Shown here piece by piece: positions 45,574-53,401 of a DNA stretch of 64,000 bases. The notes beneath the pieces are model-generated. The model saw only the letters and a program-made list of their open reading frames with translations, searched no databases and was not told where the DNA came from. How positions within the stretch are numbered: position 1 is the stretch's first letter; every line of letters begins with the position of its first letter. The translations under genes and the position numbers were made by a program. This DNA is from Acidimicrobiia bacterium (GTDB lineage Bacteria > Actinomycetota > Acidimicrobiia > Spongiisociales > ZC4RG35): the NCBI GenBank assembly GCA_036374335.1, contig DASUUC010000063.1, positions 42,811 to 106,810 of the forward strand, read 5' to 3'.

Positions 45574-45789
45574 ATGGACCAAGGTGTCGTCAAGACCTAC
45601 GACCCCGTCACCGGGGTGGGCATTGTGGTGCGTGACGATGACCGCTCCGAGGTCTTCCTGCGTCCCGGGTCTCTGAATGGCTCCGTCTTCCTCACCCTGC
45701 GGCAAGGGCAACGCATCATCTTCGACGCCATCGACGAGGACGGCCGCACCTACGTCAGCTCCATCCGTCTCGGCCAAGACGGGTACTAG
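45574..45789 (+). CDS. Small cold-shock-domain-like (OB-fold) protein, degenerate RNP motifs
   Basis: 71 aa. The pattern GVVKTYDPVTGVGIVV..DD..EVFL......G.....L..GQRIIFD is colinear with CspA-type proteins but lacks the aromatic KGFGFI/VFVH residues. Confidence 0.55.
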   Translation: MDQGVVKTYDPVTGVGIVVRDDDRSEVFLRPGSLNGSVFLTLRQGQRIIFDAIDEDGRTYVSSIRLGQDGY

Positions 45790-45810
45790 CGCTTGACGAC
45801 ACAAGGCGTC

Positions 45811-45828
45811 CTCGAGACATGCCTCGAG
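45811..45828 (+). terminator. Possible hairpin after the rpmB/CSD-like pair
   Basis: CTCGAG-ACATGC-CTCGAG (6-bp stem), 22 nt after the stop at 45789. This is weak and there is no T-tract. Confidence 0.25.
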
Positions 45829-45981
45829 ATCTGATTCCGATATATCCCGAGCCAGGTCATCAGAGTCGCTACGGGCGGAAACCACTCGAATCAACCCCCT
45901 CGCTGTGAGCACGCGTATCCTGAACGGCACACGATGCTCGCGAGCACGAGCCAGGCGACGTCCCGCTACGGTTGAAAGGCC

Positions 45982-47580
45982 GTGACCTCAGGATCATCGC
46001 CGGACCGGGACAAAGTCCGGTCCGCCGAGATCGTCGCATCGCTCTGCCTGGCCACTGACATCGGGATGGGTTTCCCCTTCGAACACGGGTTCCACGCCAC
46101 CCTGATGGCGATGCGACTCGCCGACCTCATGCACGTGGACGAAGAGACGAAGAGGCATACCTACTACGCCTGTCTCATGACCTATATGGGCTGCACCACC
46201 GACGCCTTCGTGGGGTCCCGGGTCTTCGCCGGCCCGCAGACCGAGAACTTCATTCCCTATCTCTTCGGGTCGACTACCGAGAAGGCCAGAGGAGCGTTGC
46301 GCGCCATGCCGCCGCCCGATGCCAGCGGTGCGCGTCGGCTCTACGAAACCGCGAAGCGGATCCCACGAGCCCTCGCCGAGAACAAGAACCACCAGCGGTC
46401 ACTGTGTGAGGTGGCCGAGAGGTTCTCCCGTCGCCTCGGAATGTCCGCCGAGTACACACAAATGTTCTATTACTTCACCGAGCGGTGGGATGGAAGTGGC
46501 TTGCTGGGCCGCGCGGCGGCCGACGAGATACCTATGCCGCTGCGAATCGGCATGATCGCCAGGGACATCGCCTTTCAACGTCTGATCGGGGGCGAAGACC
46601 ACGCACTGGGCACGGTGACCAGGCGAGGAGGTCACGCCTTCGACCCTGACATCGTCAAGGTCTTCGCCCGGAATGCCGGCGAGGTGTTCGAGGCGGGACG
46701 CCCGGGCGACTCGGCGTGGAAGTCGATCCTGTCCGCCGAACCCTGGCCGCACCTGTACGTCGAGGACGACGGGGTCGATCGCGCCCTCGCCGCGATCGCC
46801 GACTTCGCCGACCTGCTCACACCTTCCCTGGCCGGTCACTCATCGGGAGTGGCAGGTCTCGCCGAGCGAGCAGCACGCGTCGCCGGCTTCGGTGCGGACG
46901 ATGTGTCGAGTGTTCGCTGGGCGGCGCTGATCCACGACGTGGGGCGGGTGGCGGTGAGTGCAGCTGTCTGGGAGAAGCCAGGGGCCCTGACCGCCGACGA
47001 ACTGGAACAGGTCAGGTTGCACCCATATCACGCAGAACGTGCCTTCGCCCGAAGCCCGTTCCTGGCGGATCTGGCCGAGTTGGCGTGTTGTCATCATGAG
47101 TATCTCGACGGGTCCGGCTATCACCGTGGGTTGACCGCACAGACCATGAACCACAGGTCGCGCCTCATAGCCGCAGCCGACACATTGCACGCCCTCACCG
47201 AACCAAGGGCCTACCGGGACCCGCTGGAGGCCGAACAGGCAACCGACATCGTGGTCGCAAAGGCCAACTCAGGTCTTCTCGATCCGGTCATGGTTCGGGC
47301 AGTGGTCGAGGCGTCCGGGGAGCCCACGCCACAGGTAGAGCACCCGGCCGGTCTCACCGAGCGCGAGGTCGAGGTATTGGGGCTGCTGGCAAGAGGTCTG
47401 CAAACCAAACAGATCGCCCACCACTTCGAGGTCTCGCCGAAGACGGTCGATACTCACATCCAGGCGGCATATCGCAAGATCGGGGTGTCGACCCGGGCCG
47501 CAGCCACCCTCTATGCCATGGAGCACGGGCTCATACCCTCGGGAGAATTCCCGATCGTCAGCCGGAGGTTCACTCCTTAG
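45982..47580 (+). CDS. Tandem HD-GYP-type domains (first degenerate) fused to a LuxR-type HTH
   Basis: The second domain has HD (LIHDVGRV) and HHEYLDGSGYHRG (GYP is replaced by GYH). The first domain is degenerate (LATDIGM..FTERWDGSG). The C-terminus is LTEREVEVLGLLARGLQTKQIAHHFEVSPKTVDTHIQAAYRKIGV. Confidence 0.8.
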   Translation: MTSGSSPDRDKVRSAEIVASLCLATDIGMGFPFEHGFHATLMAMRLADLMHVDEETKRHTYYACLMTYMGCTTDAFVGSRVFAGPQTENFIPYLFGSTTEKARGALRAMPPPDASGARRLYETAKRIPRALAENKNHQRSLCEVAERFSRRLGMSAEYTQMFYYFTERWDGSGLLGRAAADEIPMPLRIGMIARDIAFQRLIGGEDHALGTVTRRGGHAFDPDIVKVFARNAGEVFEAGRPGDSAWKSILSAEPWPHLYVEDDGVDRALAAIADFADLLTPSLAGHSSGVAGLAERAARVAGFGADDVSSVRWAALIHDVGRVAVSAAVWEKPGALTADELEQVRLHPYHAERAFARSPFLADLAELACCHHEYLDGSGYHRGLTAQTMNHRSRLIAAADTLHALTEPRAYRDPLEAEQATDIVVAKANSGLLDPVMVRAVVEASGEPTPQVEHPAGLTEREVEVLGLLARGLQTKQIAHHFEVSPKTVDTHIQAAYRKIGVSTRAAATLYAMEHGLIPSGEFPIVSRRFTP

Positions 47581-47683
47581 CTTTGATGACGGAGTCCCGG
47601 CTGTCCCCGGCGGTTTGCTCACAACCGACCTGAACGTCGGGTCCGGCACCAAGCAATGATCGGCGAAGGGTGAGGAGCAATAC

Positions 47684-48604
47684 ATGTCGAGACAAGACTT
47701 TCTCGAGGCACAAGAGCGCGTGTTCCGGCGCTACGGCGTGAATTCCGAGTCCCGCCTGGTCGCGGTTCCCAGCATCGCAGGGCATGCCCACGTCATCGTC
47801 ACCGGCGAAGGACCTCCGGTCTTCATGGTCATCGGAGGTGGGATCGTGGCCGGAACCTGGGCACCACTCATGGCCGAGCTCACCGGCTACACGCTGCATG
47901 CGGTCGATCTCCCCGGTCAAGGGCTCACCGACCCCACTCGATTAGCGGTCGGGAACTTCCGGACGGCTGCTGTTTCCTTCCTCGAACAGGTGATGGACGG
48001 TCTGGACCTGGAGACGGCCCCCTTTGTCGGCCAGTCCACCGGTGGCACATGGTCGACATGGATGGCTCTGGATCGACCCGAGCGCGTGTCCGCGATCTCC
48101 TACGTAGCGTGCCCCGCGGCCATCCTGGGAACCTCTGCCCCGTTCCCGCTCAGACTGGGGACGATCCCTTGGATCAACCGCCTCGTCCGTCGCCTCGATC
48201 CGCCCTCGACGAAGCAGGTGGAACGTCTGGGAAAGATGGCCGGCGAGCCCCTGAGCGACAAGCCGGAGCTCCGCGATCTCATGCTCGAGTACCAGCGGCT
48301 TCCCGGGACGGATGCCTCATTGCTGGAAATGCACCGGGCCCTCGTCCGGCTGCGCGGACCCCAACCGGCCACAGAGATGACCGAGAGCCAAATCGCCCGG
48401 GTGGCCACGCCCGTCCAGTTCATCTGGGGCGAGAACGACCCGTTCGGACCGCCCTCGGTCGGGGTCCGGGCGGTCGAGGTCATGCCCGCGGCCGAGCTCC
48501 ATGTCGTCCCCGGAGGACATGCACCCTGGTTCGGTCACCCGGAAGGAGTGGGCGCCATCGTGAGACCATTCCTCGCCAAGCACACGACAGGAGTACACAC
48601 ATGA
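47684..48604 (+). CDS. Alpha/beta hydrolase
   Basis: 306 aa with a nucleophile elbow GQSTGG and the C-terminal ..VPGGHAPW. Its stop overlaps the next start (ATGA). Confidence 0.8.
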   Translation: MSRQDFLEAQERVFRRYGVNSESRLVAVPSIAGHAHVIVTGEGPPVFMVIGGGIVAGTWAPLMAELTGYTLHAVDLPGQGLTDPTRLAVGNFRTAAVSFLEQVMDGLDLETAPFVGQSTGGTWSTWMALDRPERVSAISYVACPAAILGTSAPFPLRLGTIPWINRLVRRLDPPSTKQVERLGKMAGEPLSDKPELRDLMLEYQRLPGTDASLLEMHRALVRLRGPQPATEMTESQIARVATPVQFIWGENDPFGPPSVGVRAVEVMPAAELHVVPGGHAPWFGHPEGVGAIVRPFLAKHTTGVHT

Positions 48605-49701
48605 GCCAGACGGTCAACACCATCGTTATCGGAGGCGGCCAGGCCGGACTGGCCACCGGATACCAGCTGAAGCGACTGGGGGTGGATCACGTCATCCTGG
48701 ACGAGAATGAGGATGTCGGGGCGGCCTGGAGGAAAAGGTGGGACTCGCTGCGTCTGTTCACCCCGGGTCGATACAGCGTCCTTCCCGGTATGCCCTTCCA
48801 GGGCCCGCCCCACTCCTTGCTCGGAAAGGACGACATCGCCGACTATCTCCAGCATTACGCGGACAGGTTTGATCTTCCGGTGAGGACGGGTGTCAAGGTG
48901 GACCAGGTCACCGCCGACGGTGATCGGTTGGTCGTTGAGGCAGGTGACGACCGGATATTGGCGGACAACGTGGTGGTGGCGACAGGAGCCTTCCACAATC
49001 CCCGTGTTCCGGACTTCGCCGACACGTTGGATCCGAGCATCATCCAGATGCACTCCTCCGACTACCGGAGACCATCGCAGATCCAGGAGGGTCCGGTCCT
49101 CGTGGTGGGCGCCGGCCAATCGGGCGCCGAAATCGCCCTCGACTTGATCAGGGACCATGAGGTGTGGCTTTCGGGCGAAGACCGTGGAGAGCAGCCCGCC
49201 GGGCCCGGCCCAGTCGCTGATCGGATCGTCGAGCCAATCATGGTGTTCGCGGCCACCAAGGTGATCAACGTGGCCAACCCGATCGGGCGAAAGGTGCGCG
49301 ATCACTTCCTCTACCCGCCCCGGGGGATTCCGCGCGCCGGCGGAACACGAAAAACGATTCTCGAATCCGGCATCGAGTGGGTGGGGAGGACTACAGGGAC
49401 AAAAGAGGGTCACCCCGAGTTGGAGGACGGCAGGGTTCTGGAGGTGGACAACGTCATCTGGTGCACCGGTTTCGTACCTGACTACTCATGGATCGACTTC
49501 CCGATCTTCGACGGCTTCGGGTATCCGATCCACGAACGAGGAGTGGTCGCATCCCAACCCGGTCTCTACTTCATGGGGCTGTTGTTCCAGCGCACCCTGA
49601 GCTCTGCCCTGATCATGGGCGTGGGCAAGGACGCCGCATACGTCGCGGAACATATCAGGCACCGCCAGCCGGCAAGGCACCCCAGCGACGTCGTCCACTA
49701 G
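48601..49701 (+). CDS. FAD/NAD(P)-binding flavin monooxygenase-like oxidoreductase
   Basis: It starts at MSQTVNTIVIGGGQAGLATG (ATG 48601). A second dinucleotide fold is present (VLVVGAGQSGAEIA). The 48049-48600 part of the tracked ORF overlaps the hydrolase out of frame. Confidence 0.8.
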   Translation: MSQTVNTIVIGGGQAGLATGYQLKRLGVDHVILDENEDVGAAWRKRWDSLRLFTPGRYSVLPGMPFQGPPHSLLGKDDIADYLQHYADRFDLPVRTGVKVDQVTADGDRLVVEAGDDRILADNVVVATGAFHNPRVPDFADTLDPSIIQMHSSDYRRPSQIQEGPVLVVGAGQSGAEIALDLIRDHEVWLSGEDRGEQPAGPGPVADRIVEPIMVFAATKVINVANPIGRKVRDHFLYPPRGIPRAGGTRKTILESGIEWVGRTTGTKEGHPELEDGRVLEVDNVIWCTGFVPDYSWIDFPIFDGFGYPIHERGVVASQPGLYFMGLLFQRTLSSALIMGVGKDAAYVAEHIRHRQPARHPSDVVH

Positions 49702-49735
49702 TGTCGCTGGCCCATAGAGCGATAGGAGGCTCAAC

Positions 49736-49969
49736 TTGGTCCAGGCGTATGTCCTGATCCAGACGGAGGTCGGTAAGGCAGCCGTCGTTGCAGAGGAAGT
49801 CCGTAACATCCCGGGTGTGGACACGGCCGACGATGTAACCGGTCCCTACGACGTGATCGTGCGGGCGAGTAGTGAAGACGTCGACTCACTCGGCAAGCTC
49901 GTCGTTGCTCGCATCCAGGCGGTCGACGGGATCACCCGAACCCTCACCTGTCCCGTAGTACACCTCTAA
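49736..49969 (+). CDS. Stand-alone Lrp/AsnC ligand-binding (RAM) domain protein
   Basis: 77 aa, with a TTG start 8 nt after AGGAGG. VQAYVLIQTEVGK...V..I.GV.....VTGPYDVIV. Confidence 0.75.
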   Translation: MVQAYVLIQTEVGKAAVVAEEVRNIPGVDTADDVTGPYDVIVRASSEDVDSLGKLVVARIQAVDGITRTLTCPVVHL

Positions 49970-50053
49970 GCGTCCCACGCCCCTGAATGACTGGAAAGCC
50001 TCGCTCGCGGGCTTGAACTAGCGGTCTCCCATGGCCGTAGACCGGCTGATGGC

Positions 50054-51130
50054 CTAGCCGAGTTTCGAGGCGATCGTCCCGGCACTGCGTAGTGCCGTCC
50101 CGTCGCTGCCCGCGGTGGAAAAGACCCGGGTGCGCCCGCCGGCTGCCTCTGCGAGCATGTCCTTGAACAACTGAGCCCGCTCGATGGTCGGATCGACCCA
50201 GAGATAGACGGCCATCGAGCCGGGAATCGTGTTCACCTCGTTTACGAACAACTCGCCGCCCTTTTCGAGGAAGTCGATGCGGGCGATCCCTCGCAGCCCG
50301 GCGACATCGGTGACCCGCTGCGACAGGTCGGCGATGCCCTGAGCGATCGAATCCTCGAGGCTGGCGGGCAGCTCCCTCCCCCCGGTGACCTCACCGCCCC
50401 AAGCCAGGTACTTCTGGTCGTAGCTGTAGATGCCACCCTCGGCCCGCAGCGGCGCCTCGACAGCAGACATCTCCCACCGGGGATAGGTGCGAACGGCCAC
50501 CTGCAGATCGCGGCTCCCCGTGAAGAACGGCTCAACGACGGCTCCCTGGTCGAAGAAGCGCGAGGACGACTTGAGAGCCGTGACCGTGCTCCAGTCCTCG
50601 GCGATCTCGATACCGATCGAAGATCCACCGAACCGGGGCTTGACGATATAAGGGCCCTCGAAGTCGGGTGCCTCCTGATCCCCCTTGGTCACCAACGTCC
50701 GAGGCAGAGTGGGCAGGCCGGCCGCCGCCATGGCCGCCCCGAACGCCAGCTTGTCCATGCCCAGGGCAGATGCGGCTTGACCTGGGCCCGTGTAGCGAAG
50801 ACCGGCGAGGTCGAACAGTCCCTGCAGTGTGCCGTCCTCGCCCGGCCCCCCGTGACAGGCGATGAGCACCGCGTCGAGATCGAGCGGCTTTCTCTTCATC
50901 ACAAATCCCTGACCTGGCGCCGCCACGAACGCCATCTCCCGAGCTTTGCGGGGGGCACCGTCGATGAAGTCGACAGCCTCGGATTCAGGATCGACCGAAT
51001 ACCACTCGCCCGACTTCGTCCAATAGATGGCCTCGATGTCCTCGAGCGCCCTGGCTACCTGGAGACCGGTCAGTATGGAGATGTCGTGCTCGTCGGAGGG
51101 GCCTCCGAACACAACTGCTGATCTGCTCAT
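50054..51130 (-). CDS. ddl: D-alanine--D-alanine ligase family ATP-grasp enzyme
   Basis: It starts at MSRSAVVFGGPSDEHDISILTG. Other motifs are HGGPGEDGTLQGLFDLAG, KPRFGGSSIGI, ARIDFL and VNEVNTIPG. It lies 13 nt downstream of the MurF-like gene. Confidence 0.8.
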   Translation of the reverse strand: MSRSAVVFGGPSDEHDISILTGLQVARALEDIEAIYWTKSGEWYSVDPESEAVDFIDGAPRKAREMAFVAAPGQGFVMKRKPLDLDAVLIACHGGPGEDGTLQGLFDLAGLRYTGPGQAASALGMDKLAFGAAMAAAGLPTLPRTLVTKGDQEAPDFEGPYIVKPRFGGSSIGIEIAEDWSTVTALKSSSRFFDQGAVVEPFFTGSRDLQVAVRTYPRWEMSAVEAPLRAEGGIYSYDQKYLAWGGEVTGGRELPASLEDSIAQGIADLSQRVTDVAGLRGIARIDFLEKGGELFVNEVNTIPGSMAVYLWVDPTIERAQLFKDMLAEAAGGRTRVFSTAGSDGTALRSAGTIASKLG

Positions 51131-51143
51131 ATTCGACTCATGC

Positions 51144-52616
51144 TCAGGGATAGTGGTCAGGGAGATCGTTCTCGTAAAGAACCGCGTCGCCCACACCGAG
51201 ATTGGCCCGGGCCCACTCGACGGCCTCGTCTCGTGAGGCGACGACGGTAACTGAAGCCTTCCCGTGGGCGGAACCCTCGCGCAGGGGCTTGCGGTTGGTG
51301 CGTCCCACGATCACCAGATGATCGACGCGCGACGCCGACTCCTCGGCGAACGCACGATTCTCCTCGTACTGGACGGGGCCGAGCTCGACCATGCCCGGGG
51401 TGATGACTGCGGTCCGTCCCTGAGCGCCCACCTCTGTCAGCAGCTCCAGAGCAGAGCGCGCCCCGGCCGGGTTCGAGTTGAAGGTGTCGTCGATGATGGT
51501 GAATCCGGCCACCCCGGTGGTGACCGACTGGCGATGCTCTGCGGTCGGCAGATCGGCCGCTCGTGCGATCACCTCATCCGGATCGACACCGAGTGCTCTG
51601 CAAATCCCGAGGGCCACAGCGAGATTTGCCCCAAAGACACCGTCGGGGACATCCATCACGCCAGCTCCGGAGACCGCGATACGGTTGCCGGCAGACACCT
51701 CGACTATCTCCTTCGTCGCCGCTCTATCTTCCGCAACCTGGGCAAGCAGGGGATGGTCAACGCAAATCACCCCGATCTCGGCGCGCTCGAGGATCTCCGC
51801 CTTGGATCGGACGATGTTCTCCAGGGTCTTGAAACGCTCCAGATGGACCGGCCCGATGGCCACTATTGCACCCACCTTCGGCGGGATCCACTCACACAAC
51901 TCGGCGATCTCACCCGGCCCATATGTGCCCATCTCCGCGACGAAGACCTCGGTGCCAGGTGTGAGATTCTCGTTGATCGCTCTCGCCAGACCCATGCGGT
52001 TGTTGAACGAGGCCGGGCTGGCAACGACTCGTTTGGTCCCGGCGAGCAGGTGGGCGACATAGTTCTTGGTGGTGGTCTTGCCATAGGAGCCGGTGATGGC
52101 AACCACGTCCAGATCCATGGACCGCAGCGTGGCAGCCGCCTTCTCGACCCATTTGGCACCCAACCGTTTTTCGTATGGCGCCAGGACCCAGAGCGAAATG
52201 TCGACAACGACGTAGACGAGGTGAACTGGCACCACGATGAGGAGGGCGAGATCGAGGAGGGCGCCCGCGGTGAAAGCCGAGATGAGGATGGCGGCGACGG
52301 TGATGGCGAGACGACGGAGTCGATCGGTCCAGGCCAGCGGCGAGGTCCGTCCTTTCAGGGACAGCCCGATGGGCCAGAGGGCAGCGACCACAGGAACGAT
52401 GACGGCCCAGCGGGCATCGAGAATCAGCATGGCGACGATTCCGAACAGGCTCACCAAATCGAGAACGAAGTTGAGCAGTGAGCTACGCCGCCATCGATCG
52501 GCGAACGTGCTCGCCGAGCCAGGCAGATAGTGCTCGCGTTGGGCCACCCGGAGCCAGCGCAGCCCGGCCAGAACGGAGACAGCAGCGCATGCCATCGCAA
52601 GGAGCCAGAACATCAC
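51144..52616 (-). CDS. Membrane-anchored MurF-like Mur ligase (N-terminal 4-5 TM segments replace the UDP-MurNAc-binding domain)
   Basis: The first ~150 aa are hydrophobic helices. The Mur ligase central and C-terminal domains follow (ITGSYGKTTTKNY, NNRMGLA, EMGTYGPGEI, DDTFNSNP). Its start overlaps the upstream hydrolase stop. Confidence 0.8.
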   Translation of the reverse strand: MMFWLLAMACAAVSVLAGLRWLRVAQREHYLPGSASTFADRWRRSSLLNFVLDLVSLFGIVAMLILDARWAVIVPVVAALWPIGLSLKGRTSPLAWTDRLRRLAITVAAILISAFTAGALLDLALLIVVPVHLVYVVVDISLWVLAPYEKRLGAKWVEKAAATLRSMDLDVVAITGSYGKTTTKNYVAHLLAGTKRVVASPASFNNRMGLARAINENLTPGTEVFVAEMGTYGPGEIAELCEWIPPKVGAIVAIGPVHLERFKTLENIVRSKAEILERAEIGVICVDHPLLAQVAEDRAATKEIVEVSAGNRIAVSGAGVMDVPDGVFGANLAVALGICRALGVDPDEVIARAADLPTAEHRQSVTTGVAGFTIIDDTFNSNPAGARSALELLTEVGAQGRTAVITPGMVELGPVQYEENRAFAEESASRVDHLVIVGRTNRKPLREGSAHGKASVTVVASRDEAVEWARANLGVGDAVLYENDLPDHYP

Positions 52617-53347
52617 AGGGCTTCCTCGATGGCGTTGCGCAGGGCGCCGGGTGCCTGCATCGGCACCAAGTGTCCCACCCCCGGGAGGACTTCGAGAGTT
52701 GCCTTCTCGATGAGCCGTTCACCAGCATGGGCAACCGCGACCGGCACTTCGGTGTCTTCGGCACCCCAGATCAGCCGGACCGGGTTGCTGATCTCCGAGA
52801 GCTGGGATTCGTACGACTCGTTGACGACCTTGACCAGAATGTCCCTCATCACCCCGCTTGCCGACCGGTAGTCAGCCGAACCGCGGCGTCTCTTCTCCTG
52901 TTCCAAGCGCTGGTCGGAGACGATGCCGACACGGTTGAGCCATCGGACCAATCGATAGCCGATCTCGGGGGTCCGGGGCCTCTGGAGACGGATCAGCGGA
53001 ACGCCGGTCAACACCAGCGGCCCAACCCGATCGGGTTGTTTGGCAGCGAGACAAACCGCGATCCTCCCTCCGAAGGAGTGTCCGACCAGGACCGGCGGCC
53101 TATCGAACGAATCCAGGAGTTGCGACACAATATCCGCGTAGGCGTCTGCGCCGATGACCCCTGTTGGTGCGGGCGTCGCCCCGAATCCCGGGAGGTCGGG
53201 AGCGATGCCGGAAAATCCCTCGAGAACCGCTGCAAAGTCCCTCCCCCGTCGCCCCCACCCATGCAAAGCCAGAACGTTCGGAGACCCCTCGCCGTACACC
53301 TCGGCGAAGAGCGCGCCGTCAAGAAAAGAGCGCAGAGCCAATAACAA
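52613..53347 (-). CDS. Alpha/beta hydrolase (first gene of the hydrolase/MurF-like/Ddl-like operon)
   Basis: LALHGWGRRG, a nucleophile elbow GHSFGG, and the C-terminal GVGHLVP. A TTG start at 53347 preceded by GAGGA is favoured. The ORF is open up to 53434, which would overlap the kinase gene. Confidence 0.75.
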   Translation of the reverse strand: MLLALRSFLDGALFAEVYGEGSPNVLALHGWGRRGRDFAAVLEGFSGIAPDLPGFGATPAPTGVIGADAYADIVSQLLDSFDRPPVLVGHSFGGRIAVCLAAKQPDRVGPLVLTGVPLIRLQRPRTPEIGYRLVRWLNRVGIVSDQRLEQEKRRRGSADYRSASGVMRDILVKVVNESYESQLSEISNPVRLIWGAEDTEVPVAVAHAGERLIEKATLEVLPGVGHLVPMQAPGALRNAIEEAL

Positions 53348-53401
53348 TCCTCGATCAGACCGGGAGAAACGCCGAGAATACTTAGTGAAGCCCCAAATCC
53401 C

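Noticed and set aside
51264-52481. 405-aa plus-strand ORF antisense to the MurF-like gene (similar cases: 48535..49413, 54296..54982, 56594..57877 and 62937..63725)
   Set aside because: They have no motifs and a biased composition. The partner strand carries clear Mur ligase, FMO, kinase, FadD and GDH motifs.
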